Below, piece by piece: positions 1-11,466 of a stretch of DNA of 28,143 nucleotides. Source of the DNA: Octopus sinensis (lineage: Eukaryota); assembly GCF_006345805.1 (NCBI RefSeq), contig NW_021833402.1, positions 1-28,143 of the forward strand. The letters run 5' to 3'. The translations under genes and the position numbers were made by a program. Positions within the stretch are counted from its first letter, which is position 1; the number at the start of each line of letters is the position of its first letter. The notes beneath the pieces were generated by a model. That model was not told the DNA's origin, did not search any database, and saw only the letters and a list, made by a program, of their open reading frames with translations.

Positions 1-142
1 AGCAAACATATAAATATATATATATATATATATCTATATATATATATATATAAAATAATCTACATACACACAAACACACACACGCACGCGCACACTCACA
101 CACACACACAAGCACGAAGCTGAGCATATAAGCCCCAAATAA

Positions 143-270
143 TGTGGAAAAACTAGTACTCGAATACCAAACGTAGACTGATGTGCTTTTATTAAAGCTA
201 CCATATTATCACAAAAATTTGTTACTCGTAGTTTCACGAAACCCTTTTCGTCGGAAATGATTCAAATTTA
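143..270 (-). mobile_element. Penelope-like pLTR remnant carrying a decayed type I hammerhead motif and a poly(A) signal
   Basis: The hammerhead-like motif at 269-215 is followed on the minus strand by AATAAA (plus-strand TTTATT, 188-193). Ribozyme followed by poly(A) signal is the layout known for Penelope-like pLTRs. Confidence 0.55.
215..269 (-). ncRNA. Degenerate type I hammerhead ribozyme motif (HHR-1)
   Basis: Minus strand reads AAAUUUG-[AAUCAUU]-U CCGACGA AAAGGGUUUCGU GAAA CU-ACG-AGU A ACAAAUUU. Stem I is AAAUUUGU/ACAAAUUU with a 7-nt insertion; core CCGACGA; GAAA; stem III ACU/AGU; cleavage triplet GUA. Stem II is damaged. Confidence 0.6.
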
Positions 271-460
271 GATTTCGATGTTTCTGGCAGAGATCAATTT
301 CTAAGGGTAAAGAATGCCTGTATATATATATATAGTTAATCCAAACAAGAAAATATGGAAAAAAAAGAGAGAAAAAAGAGAAAAAATGAGAAAAAAACAC
401 AGCAACGCAGGACGTGGAACAATTAAAGTATTATTGACGCTCAGGAAAGAAGGGAAGGAG

Positions 461-497
461 GGTTTAACGTTTCGAGCGAAGCTCTTCGTCGGAAAAC
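461..497 (-). ncRNA. Minimal Penelope-type hammerhead ribozyme motif (HHR-2)
   Basis: Minus strand reads GUUUU CCGACGA A GAGC-UUC-GCUC GAAA CGU U AAAC. It has a perfect 4-bp stem II, GAAA, a palindromic stem III (ACGU, extended AACGUU) and a short stem I GUUU/AAAC with one extra U. U4 is replaced by C. Confidence 0.7.
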
Positions 498-560
498 AAG
501 GAGAAGAAAGAGCCATCCCAAGGAGGGAAGACAGAGGAGAAAATATTTGAGCTGGTAGTG

Positions 561-563
<3 letters not shown>

Positions 564-613
<50 letters not shown>

Positions 614-657
614 TTAAACATACAGACACATACACCACACACACACACACCACACAC

Positions 658-690
<33 letters not shown>

Positions 691-856
691 GAAGAGAGAG
701 AGGAGACAGACAGACAGACAGAAACAGATAGATACATATATACATACATGCATGCATCATCACATACATTCATGCATGCATACATGCATACATGCATACA
801 TACACACATACATACATACATACATACATACATACATACATACATACATACATACG
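564..856. repeat. Compound microsatellite (TA)n/(CA)n/(GA)n/(GACA)n/(TACA)n
   Basis: Read directly; explains ORFs 441..908, 562..753, 689..892, 748..945 and 792..974. Confidence 0.95.
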
Positions 857-1304
857 CGTACAGAGACACAAACCCATGCACTTCACTGGTGATTGTAACA
901 CTCTTCATTCTACTGAGTTACATGATCGGCCACTGTCTTTGCTAATTTTCCATTCATGTACTTCTCTCCCCTGAACGCAACTCTCCATTACTGTTCTATT
1001 AATCTATGTCTCACTCTTACCTAATATCCTCTACCCTTTCATTCCTTCACCACCTCTCTCACGTCTCTGTCCCTTTCACTCTCCTTCAGTTTATCCCTCC
1101 GCCCTCGCCCTTTGTATTATTTTCCATTTGACAATCATGTTTTTATTCTTTGCTTTTATTGTTATAAATTTTTAAAATTTGTATTCTTGTGCAACTCATT
1201 AAAAGTTAGCGCTGTATTAAATTAATTGCAACAAAATTCATTCGACCATTTAGCATTAAAATTGTTTATTTATTTGCGTGTGTGAGCGCACTCGCATATA
1301 CACA

Positions 1305-1687
1305 CATATACATACATATACACAAATACATTATGGTTTTAATCCTCTCTCTTGATATATATATACATTTATATATACATTTATATATGTATAAATATAT
1401 ACATACACATATATATATATGTATATATATATAAATATATATATGTATATATATATTTATATAATATATAATATATACCTATATATATATATATGCATAT
1501 ATACATATATTATATAAATATATACATGCATATACATATATATATATATGCATATACATATATAGATATATATATATATATATATATATACATATGCATA
1601 CATGTACATACATATATTTCCACACACAGGCGTGTATCCCTGTGCGTGTATATGTGTATTCATATACACACACACACGCACATATAC

Positions 1688-1722
<35 letters not shown>

Positions 1723-1790
1723 AAACAGCACGCACACACTCATGCACACGCATGCACACACACAAACACATATACATTGTATATCATTAT
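1305..1790. repeat. Degenerate (TA)n/(CA)n low-complexity tract
   Basis: Read directly. Confidence 0.9.
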
Positions 1791-2049
1791 ATAAGCACTC
1801 ATATATCTGTATGCGTATGTGTAGCTGGGTCTGTTTGTTTGTTTTCCTCTTTTCATTACCTAATTACCAATTCTGAGTATCCTATGTAATTATCTCTAAT
1901 TAAAAATCGAATCTGATCGGACATTTATTTGACCATTTATTTCGATAGATAATCGAATTCAATGCAATGACAGTTCACCGATTCCTTTTTGTAGTCTGAT
2001 ACAGGCATAAACTCAAACACGCGGGTGCAAAGAGACACCCTCCGCCACT

Positions 2050-2065
2050 CATACACACACACACA

Positions 2066-2111
<46 letters not shown>

Positions 2112-2209
2112 ATATATATAATTATATATATTATATATATATATATATATAATATATATATACATAGATGGTATGTATATATACTTATATATGTGTGTAT
2201 TATGTATAC

Positions 2210-2257
<48 letters not shown>

Positions 2258-2463
2258 CACGTATGTAGTGTGCTTGTGTGTATGTATGTATGAATTAATA
2301 TCTGCTTGTGTATGACTGCATAACGAATAAAAAATTGTTTACAATAACGAATTGTAATTTGAAAAATCCATACTTTAGCCTCCATTTAACCGTGTGTTTA
2401 TAGAATATTTAATGCGTATATAGGTATGCATATATATATATGCATATATATATATGCATATGT

Positions 2464-2509
<46 letters not shown>

Positions 2510-2617
2510 AATATATTATATATACACTCGTGTATTGAATATATTTATAAATCAATAAATGCTTATTACTATACACGTATTTACATGCATACATATGTGT
2601 ATACAAGCATCTCTGGC

Positions 2618-2666
<49 letters not shown>

Positions 2667-2905
2667 ATCTTTGTGCGTCTATATATGTATATATAGGTAC
2701 GTATTTATGTATAAAAGTGTATGAAAGTAGAAACGTAGAAAAAGTAGAAAAAGCAGAAAACGAGAGATAATCAGAAAATATAAGGTGTAGGTATGTTTAT
2801 GATTTTACCTTGATTGTGTATGTATGTATGTATGTATGTATTTATGTATGTATGTATGTATGTATGTATGTATGTATGTATGTATGTATTTATGTATGTA
2901 TGTAT
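2050..2905. repeat. Cluster of (TA)n, (TG)n and (TATG)n microsatellites
   Basis: Read directly; the purest (TATG)n run is at ~2816-2905. Confidence 0.9.
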
Positions 2906-3540
2906 GTGTGTGTTTATGAATCTTTAGGAGTTAAAGAAAAAAATGAGCAAAAGGGAGAGAGATTGACAGACGATAGTCGAGTATTTATAAGTGATTGCGT
3001 TTTTTTTTAAATTTTTGGTGTATATGTTTGTGTCGATGGTTGTACGCTTGTGTGTGTTTGTGTGTTTATATGTGTGCTTATGTGTGTGTTCGTAGGTAAA
3101 TCTCGATATTTAGGCGATATATTTTAATTGGGATGTTTTCAAAACTAGTTGAGTAAAAGTATTGATAGATAAACATTGACAGAAGTCATTACGTTTAGAC
3201 TTTAATGTCAGTAATTGGCTAACTTGATAAAATGATTCTTTGCCTCTTCGAATGGGTCGAGAGTTCGTAATTTATCCCAATTACTTTGGAATATCATTGA
3301 ACAAGGGAACACAATATGTTCAACTTAGATACATATAGGCGTCCCGAATATAATAATAGGTCGCCTCTGAAGTGAATGGAGCCTTTCTGCAAAAAAGGTC
3401 GAACTTGTAAGCTCGCCTCAGCACGACAGGTCGCAACACAATTTGAATTTACACGCGAATCAGACCTTTCTAAAGCGTGTAAAAAGGAAGATACCTAAGA
3501 TAATGTAATAGACGTTTAAAGTAGGAAAATGTATCATGAT

Positions 3541-3950
3541 GGTGACTGTCTGTGTTGTAAGAAGCTTGCTTTTTAAACACATGGCTCCAGATTCAGTCCC
3601 ACTCCATGGTAATTTCGACAATGTTTGCCGCTATAGTCCCGGGCCCTGTGAGTGGATTTGGTGTAAAGAAACTGAAAGAAGCCCAGCGTATATATATATG
3701 TATATGTGTGTGTGTTGTGTGTGTGCGTGTATATCTTTCTGTGTGGGCATTTGTGTTTGTACACCACCCACGGGTTGACAACTGGTGAAGTTGTGTTTAT
3801 GTCACCATAACTTAGCAGTTGAAGAAGAGAGATCGATAGAATAAGCACGAGGTTTTAAAATACTGGTGTCGATTCATTCGACTAAACTTTTTTCAAAGCG
3901 GCACCCCAGCATAGCCGCAGTTTAATGACTGAAACAAGTAAAAAATAAAT
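3541..3950 (+). mobile_element. tRNA-derived SINE family A (CORE-type), old diverged full-length copy
   Basis: Colinear by eye with the copies at 5218-5622 and 24205-24570: head, GAGTGGATTTGG..GAAACTGAAAGAAGCCC, internal TA/TG tract, and 3' end CCAGCATAGCCGCAG..AATGACTGAAACAAGTAAA. Confidence 0.85.
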
Positions 3951-4299
3951 GATATCTCCCGTTTTACAATGCAACATATCAAATGAAATCACAATAATAA
4001 ACAACAGCAATTTTCTATTTTATATGATATTTAAAATATTAAGCTTTCAAAATTTTTCTCTTAATAACGGACTTTGTAGACAGTAATATTCAAGCAAAAA
4101 GAAAAAAGCAGACAACTTCTGCTTCTTGTGCTTCAATTAAAATACTGCCGCTCATAATAATTTTCCTCTTTACTAGTATTCTACCTTCATTAATTTTCAC
4201 TAATTGCTTCAAATGATGCGATTTTACAAACCATTATATTCTATATGAATTGATGACAAAATGAGAGTGTAAAAAGATCTAATACTTTTATAATGATAA

Positions 4300-5160
4300 T
4301 CTCAGGATAGCGACAGTTTGAAATGTGAAGAGTCCCCAAATAGATCTTTCAGTACATTATATACGATACCAAATATATTCTACCAATGTACCGCTTTGGA
4401 CTTTTGAGATCGATACATTGATGACCCCCAAAAGGTAGGAAATCATTAAATTGCTGCTGCCAAGCATTCCATCTGACATTTTAATAATTCAATCATATAC
4501 AGCTCTGGGTTTTATACATTGATGACCCCAAGGGATGAATACTTGAAAGGTGACAAATAAAAGATATTTGCTGTAACGCGTTCCATCCGACACTCTAAGA
4601 ACATCGCTAATGCAGCACTCTGGACTTGTATTCTACATGTTTATGACACCGAATGAAAGAAAAATTCACAGTGAAAATAGACGAAGACAACGTAAATTGA
4701 TGCTGCCAAGCATTGAGCATTCCATCTGGCTCTAATAATGCCTTCGATGCAATGCTCTGGTCTGGTGATTTATGTATTTATGAACGCGAAAGGATGACTG
4801 CTTGGACAGTGAAGATACAATAGATGCTGTAAAACCTTATATCCGACACTAAATTCTACCAATATTCAACCGCTCTGGACTAAGATTCATATGTTTATCA
4901 CCACGAAGCATGACATTTTGAGAGATGGAGTATTTGCAAAAATAGATATAGCAAACAATTTCCTTCGACATTTTAATAATTCCAGCAAATGCATCGCTAT
5001 GGCTTCCTATTTATATATTGTTTGCCTAGAAAGGATGAAAATATTGATATTGAATAGATTCGAAAGAGATATTACAAAACAATCTATCCGACATTCTGAC
5101 AATACTTGCAATTTACGATTCTGGATTGGGATTTGTAAGTTGATGACGCCGAAAGTGTGG
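4300..5160 (-). repeat. Degenerate tandem array of ~110-137 bp monomers related to SINE family B
   Basis: A recurring GCTCTGG-like anchor sits at 4393, 4502, 4617, 4754, 4872, 4996 and 5118. Each is followed by a TTGATGACCCC..AAAGGATGA-like motif and then a CCATCCGACACTCTAATAATTC-like motif. Confidence 0.75.
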
Positions 5161-5217
5161 ACTTCAGTAAAGGGATCGAAAGAAATAGTTGGTCCTGAAT
5201 GAATGAAAACATTGAAC

Positions 5218-5622
5218 TCTCTTTAACTCTTTAACTTGTTTCAGTCATTTGACTGCGGCCATGCTGGAGCACCGCCTTTAATCGAGCAACTCGATCCCGG
5301 GACTTATTCTTTTGTAAGCCCAGTACTTATTCCATCGGTTTCTTTTTGCCGAATCGCTAAGTGACGGGGACATAAACACACCAGCATCGGTTGTCAAGCA
5401 ATGCTAGGGGGACAAACACAGACACACAAACACATACACATATATATATATATATACATATATACGACGGGCTTCTTTCAGTTTCCGTCTACCAAATCCA
5501 CTCACAAGGCATTGGTCTGCCCAGGGCTATAGCAGAAGACACTTGCCCAAGATGCCATGCAGTGGGACTGAACCCGGAACCATGTGGTTGGTTAGCAAGC
5601 TACTTACCACACAGCCACTCCT
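5218..5622 (-). mobile_element. tRNA-derived SINE family A (CORE-type), full-length
   Basis: The minus strand has A-box-like TGGCTGTGTGG, B-box-like GGTTCAGTCCC, CORE-like TCTTGGGCAAGTGTCTT, an internal (TA)n, and the 3' half ending in a short TTAAAGAG repeat. Confidence 0.92.
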
Positions 5623-5701
5623 ATCCAAAATAAATGATTTAAGATGTTCTCACCGTTGTTCAAACATTTAAAGGAATATATATCTCTAGACTGGAGTTCA
5701 A

Positions 5702-5750
5702 TCATGTGGCTGGTAAGCTAGCTACTTACCACACATCCACTCCTGCGCCT
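5702..5750 (-). mobile_element. SINE family A head fragment
   Basis: CATGTGGCTGGTAAGCTAGCTACTTACCACACATCCACTCCTGCGCC matches the head of the adjacent copy. Confidence 0.8.
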
Positions 5751-5767
5751 TTGACATACACTCAGAA

Positions 5768-5881
5768 ATACGACAGGCTTCCACGCAGTTTCTGTTTATG
5801 AAATAAACAAACAAGGTTTTAGTTGACCTGTGTCTAGAGTAGAAGACATTTGCCCAATATTCTACGTAACGGAACTGACCT
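5768..5881 (-). mobile_element. SINE family A internal fragment, diverged
   Basis: Colinear with 5462-5575 (ATACGAC.GGCTTC..CAGTTTC.GT.TA...AGAAGACA.TTGCCCAA). Confidence 0.65.
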
Positions 5882-5887
5882 TCAAGA

Positions 5888-6484
5888 AGGCGGCGAGCTG
5901 GCAGAATCGTTAGCATGCCGAGCGAAACGCTTAACAGTATTTCGTCTGCCGCTACGTTCTGAGTTCAAATTCCGCCGTGGTTGACTCTGCCTTTCATCTT
6001 TTCGGCGGCGATTAAATAAGTACCAGTTACGCACTGAGGTCGATATAATCGACTTAATCCGTTTGTCTGTCCTTGTTTGTCCTCTCTGTGTTTAGTCCCT
6101 TGTGGGTAGTAAAGAAATAGGTTTTTCGTCTGCCGCTACGTTCTGAGTTCAAATTCCGCCGAGGTCGATTTTGCCTTTCATCTTTTCGGCGGCGATTAAA
6201 TATGTACCAGTTACGCACTGGGGTCGATATAATCGACTTAATCCGTTTGTCTGTCCTTGTTTGTCCTCTCTGTGTTTAGTCCCTTGTGGGTAGTAAAGAA
6301 ATAGGTTTTTCGTCTGCCGCTACGTTCTGAGTTCAAATTCCGCCGAGGTCGACTTTGCCTTTCATCTTTTCGGCGGCGATTAAATAAGTACCAGTTACGC
6401 ACTGGGGTCGATATAATCGACTTAATCCGTTTGTCTGTCCTTGTTTGTCCTCTCTGTGTTTAGCCCCTTGTGGGTAGTAAATAA
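5888..6484 (+). mobile_element. tRNA-derived SINE family B: one head followed by three tandem 184-bp bodies
   Basis: Head GGCGGCGAGCTGGCAGAATCGTTAG; TTCGTCTGCCGCTACG recurs at 5941, 6125 and 6309; B-box-like GAGTTCAAATTCC; central GCCTTTCATC.TTTCGG domain. Confidence 0.93.
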
Positions 6485-6854
6485 ATTTAATTTATTGATG
6501 ACGCCGATAGAATGAAAGTATGACAGGCATAGCGATACAAGACAGAGAGTACAAGGCATGTCACCCGCACCTTTAACAAATTCCGCCTCTGGTTGAGATT
6601 GTATTGTGTAGCTATGGTACTAATTTCAAACAAGTCTTATACTGAAGTCTTGGAAATACGAGAAGTTTCTAAATATTTTTATTAGGTATGGTAAACCTGA
6701 GCGGTTTTCATTGAGTTGAGATGCAACAACGTGGAGTCAAGAGAACATTTAAATTCAAGACAAATCGGACACAAATAAAATAGTAATATAACATCCTTAC
6801 AACGGATATTAAAAGCAGACCTAGAACTGATAATGGTCATAGTAATAACAACAG

Positions 6855-6907
<53 letters not shown>

Positions 6908-6925
6908 TACTACTACTACTACTAC

Positions 6926-6980
<55 letters not shown>

Positions 6981-7018
6981 ACCACTAATACTGGTGCTGA
7001 TGCTGTTACTAGCAGTAT

Positions 7019-7056
<38 letters not shown>

Positions 7057-7141
7057 TTACTACTACTACTACCACTACTACTACTACTACTACTACTAAT
7101 ACTACCACTAATACTGTTGCTGATGCTGTTACTAGCAGTAT

Positions 7142-7176
<35 letters not shown>

Positions 7177-7200
7177 GTAGTAGTTAGTAGTAGTAGTAGT
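6855..7200. repeat. (ACT)n/(AAT)n compound microsatellite with a duplicated ~45-bp cassette (period 123)
   Basis: CTG(G/T)TGCTGATGCTGTTACTAGCAGTATCACT occurs at 6991 and 7114. Confidence 0.92.
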
Positions 7201-7296
7201 ATTAGACCGACCAATAATTTTTGAACACATTGAAAACGGAAATTTACAAGTATGTATTGGCAGACATATATACTGTGTGTGTATTTAATGTAAATG

Positions 7297-7402
<106 letters not shown>

Positions 7403-7630
7403 ACACATACACGGCATATATCTGTCTACATATATATGCATAGAGACGCACATAAACACACACACGCACATATATATGTCAGTAATTGGCTTTTTTTATG
7501 TGTTTGTATGTATTCTAGTGTTTTGTATATACTGATATATATATATAGATATATATATATATATATATATATTATATTATATCGGTATATACAATAAAAA
7601 TCGTTAATTACTGGTAAGAAATATCTAATT

Positions 7631-8290
7631 GTGTGTGTGTATATGCGAACGTCTACTGTCTCTCATCCTCTCTAGACCTCTCTGTATGGTCATATATATG
7701 TGCTTCCATACTTATATATACATCTAAATCTATTAATTATCTATATATTATATATATATTATATATATATATATATATTATATATATATACATATATGTG
7801 TGTGTGTGTCTAAGCATATACATAAATACATATTTGTGAGTGTGTCATTGTGTATGTGTCAGTGTGTGTGCCTGCGTGTGTGCCAGTGAATGTATTTATA
7901 TCGAACTGTTTTCCTTTGTGTCTAATGGGACACTTTTAATTACTATATAAGCACACACATACGCGTATGTGCATGTATGTAAATGTATATTCGTACATAT
8001 GCATACATACAGACATACATGTATATATATATATACATATATGTAAATATTTTTAAAAATTATATCTATGCGTATGTATATATATATATATAACTATATT
8101 ATATATGTATGCTTCATGTGTTTAAATATATATGTATATATATGTATATGTATATATATATGTATCATATGTATATATATATATTAAGTATATATACATA
8201 TATGTATATCATATATATATAATGTTATATATATATATATACATATAGTATATGTATATATATATATATATATGTATATATTATTATATG

Positions 8291-8322
<32 letters not shown>

Positions 8323-9070
8323 ATTTAATATATATATATATATATTATATGTGTGTGTGTGTATATGCGAACGTCTACTGTCTCTCATCCTCTCTAGACC
8401 TCTCTGTATGGTCAATATATATGTTCATACTTATATATACATATCTAAATCTATCTAATTATCTATATATTATTATATATAATATTATATATAGATATAT
8501 ATATAGATATAACATATATGTGTGTGTGTGTGTCTAAGCATATACATAAATACATATTTGTGAGGTGTGTCATTGTGTATGTGTCAGTGTGTGTGCCTGC
8601 GTGTGTGCCAGTGAATGTATTTATATCGAACTGTTTTCCTTTGTGTCTAATGGGACACTTTTAATTATATATAAGCACACACATACGCGTATGTGCATGT
8701 ATGTAAATGTATATTCGTACATATGCATACATACAGACATACATGTATATATTATATATACAATATGTGTAAATATTTTTAAAAATTATATCTATGCGAG
8801 GTATAATATATATATAACTATATTATTATGTTATGCTTCATGTGTTTAAATATATATGTATATATATGTATATGTATATATATATGTATCATATGTATAT
8901 ATATATATGTAAGTATATATACATATATGTATATACATATATAAATGATATATAATATATAATAACTATACATATATGTATATTATATATATAATGCTGT
9001 ATATATATATAATTGTATATATATATATAATGTACTATATATATAGATAATATATATATATTATATTATA
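7631..9070. repeat. Direct tandem duplication, unit ~722 bp (7631-~8345 and ~8350-~9070)
   Basis: ATATGCGAACGTCTACTGTCTCTCATCC occurs at 7641 and 8363; ATGCTTCATGTGTTTAAA at 8109 and 8833. The unique segments are near-identical. Confidence 0.92.
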
Positions 9071-9071
9071 C

Positions 9072-9108
<37 letters not shown>

Positions 9109-9214
9109 ATTTATATATAATGTATAATATATATATATCGTACATATTGTGTAACGGCCAATTAAACGAATTTATGTGTCAGAAGAGATAGCAAATGATC
9201 GTTTTAATCGCCAG

Positions 9215-9218
9215 AATA

Positions 9219-9249
<31 letters not shown>

Positions 9250-9257
9250 CGATAACG

Positions 9258-9329
<72 letters not shown>

Positions 9330-10140
9330 TTGATAATATTAAAGAAGTACTTATGCCTATACACATATATACATTTCGCACAAGCACACACACATGTGAC
9401 TTCGTAAGCGTGTGTATATGTTTAATGGCTATAGCTAGAGCAAGCATCGTAATTAATCTTTAGATAATGGCTATATTTTTAATTAGCATCCTACAGTTTG
9501 AAGTAATAGGGTAATCAAAAATATATTCCACACCTTTACCTCGGGCTTTTAGGCTTCCATTACGGTTTTATCGTCAACCCTCCGGTAGATTTTTCAATAA
9601 AAAAAATATGACGATGTTTCTACCACCACTTACTATCAGGAAAACTACCGCTGCTACTGCTATTATTATTATTATTATTATTGTATTATTATTGTTATGA
9701 TTAGTATTATATTATTATTATTCTATATTAGTATTATTATTATATATTATGATATTATTATTATTAGTATTATTATTAGAGTATTATTATTATTATTATT
9801 ATTATTATTGTTATTATTGTTGTTATTATTATTATTTTATTATGATCATGATTATTAGTATTATTATTGTTATTATTATTATATTATTATTATTATTTTT
9901 ATATTATACTATATTATTATGATTATTATTACTATTATTATTATTATTATTATACTTTATTATTATTATTGTATTATTATTATTATCATCATCATCATTA
10001 TTATTAGTAATATTATATTATTATTATTATATTGTTTTTGTTGTTGGTGTATTATGATAATGATAATAATAACTGTGGTGGTAGTAGTAATAGTAGTAGT
10101 AGTAGTTGTAGTAGTAGTAGTAATAGTAGTAGTAGTAGTA
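9215..10140. repeat. Trinucleotide microsatellites: (GAT)n(AAT)n at 9215-9338, degenerate (ATT)n at ~9660-10070, (GTA)n at ~10078-10140
   Basis: Read directly; this is the source of the poly-D/N/I/V ORFs. Confidence 0.9.
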
Positions 10141-10445
10141 ATGGCAATTACTCTCATTAAAACTATTTACATCTACTTCAAAAGTACTCTATACTCATGC
10201 ATACAACCACACATAGGTTGTGTGTATATATATATATAATATATGTGTGTGTGTGTGTGTGTGTGTGTAAGTCTATGTATATACCTCTCTGTATATATGT
10301 ACACACACACATATACATAATCATAAGAATATGAAGGTATGTATGTATGCATGTAGTATGTATATATGTATATATGTATATATGTAATCTATATACATAT
10401 ATACATATATATATATATATATTATATATATATATATATATATTA

Positions 10446-10623
10446 ATCTCTTTATAGACCACAGTGGGCTGAACATAGAGGGAACAAACAAAGACAGACA
10501 AACGGATTAAGTCTATATATCGACCCCAGGACGTAACTGGTACTTATTTAATTGACCCCGAAAGGATGAAAGGCAAAACTTGACCTCGGCGGAATTTAAA
10601 CTCAGAACGTAAATACAGACGAA
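10446..10623 (-). mobile_element. SINE family B, lacking the head
   Basis: Reverse complement of the body: ACAAACGGATTAAGTC..ATCGACCCCAG..GTAACTGGTACTTATTTAATTGACCCCGAAAGGATGAAAGGC. Confidence 0.88.
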
Positions 10624-10629
10624 GCCTTG

Positions 10630-10770
10630 AACTGTCGGGAATTCAAAGAGGCCGTATTGTAAGTTCATTCACAAGTTGAAAACAGTCAAACTAAGATCAA
10701 AGAAAGCCTTGGGATCCCGCTTTCTAGAGTTAATGTAGCGCTACATGGGTATCGATGTTACTGTAATTTC
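10630..10770 (+). mobile_element. Possible Tc1/mariner transposase N-terminal HTH relic
   Basis: The frame from 10630 reads NCREFKEAVL*VHSQVENSQTKIKESLGIPLSRVNVALHGYRCYCNF. This resembles the SQ.KI..SLGIP.S.V helix-turn-helix pattern of Tc1-type transposases. Resemblance only, with an internal stop. Confidence 0.35.
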
Positions 10771-10904
10771 TAACCTTATGAGGATACCCCCGCAGCTGCT
10801 ATTCGTTGCACGCTGCACCCGATATATAATGAAGCACGTTACATGTTTGACCACATGAGATAGATAAATAGATAAATTGACAGAAAAATGCATACACAGA
10901 TAGT

Positions 10905-11215
10905 GGAGGCACATGACCTAGTGGTTAGAGCAGCGGACTTGCGGTCGAGGGATCGCGGGTTTGAATCTCAGACCGGACGATGTGTGTGTTTATGAGCGAA
11001 ACACCTAAGCTCCACGCGGCTCCGGCAGAATGTAATGGCGAACTTCTGCTGACTCTTTCGCCACAACATTCTGTAATTCTTTCCTCCTGCATCTTGCAGC
11101 TCACCTGCGATGGATCGGCGTCCCGTCCAGGTGTCGAACCTATACGCCAAGGAAACCGGGAAACCGGCCCTTATGAGCCAGGCATGGCTCGAGAAGGAAC
11201 AAACAACGAAACAAC
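10905..11215 (+). mobile_element. tRNA-derived SINE family C, full-length (MetaSINE/V-like central domain)
   Basis: A-box TGACCTAGTGG (10914-10924), B-box GGTTTGAATCT (10958-10968), central CCTGCGATGGATCGGCGTCCCGTCCAGG, and an (AAC)-rich tail. The domain name is from memory. Confidence 0.85.
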
Positions 11216-11466
11216 ATACATACACAGGTACACACATACATACATAATTAGAAAAGTTCTCTACGGGAGATTTTGATACAGATACCTAAACTTAGATGTA
11301 TGCATCGACAGATCATCCAACGCACCAAATTCGCCACATATTTACAAAAATCGGGAACGCACATAACACAAAACAGTCATGTTGCATTGTTAGCGACCGA
11401 CTTGAACTCTCTTACGAAGAACTCAGTTTTAACGCAAAGAAAAACCAAAGAGACAATGTAACACGA

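Noticed and set aside
3375-3497. 40-aa ORF MEPFCKKGRTCKLASARQVATQFEFTRESDLSKACKKEDT in a CpG-containing unique block
   Set aside because: It is too short, has no motif, and no splice or promoter support is visible.
4891-5202. 103-aa ORF MFITTKHDILRDG...
   Set aside because: It lies within the degenerate SINE-derived tandem array and has no recognisable motif.
4300-6484. CRISPR-like array
   Set aside because: The context is eukaryotic, the repeats are SINE-derived, units are 110-184 bp without unique spacers, and there are no cas genes.
10905-10975. tRNA gene
   Set aside because: A and B boxes are present, but the sequence continues into a SINE body and tail and I cannot close a proper acceptor stem. 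It is treated as a SINE head.
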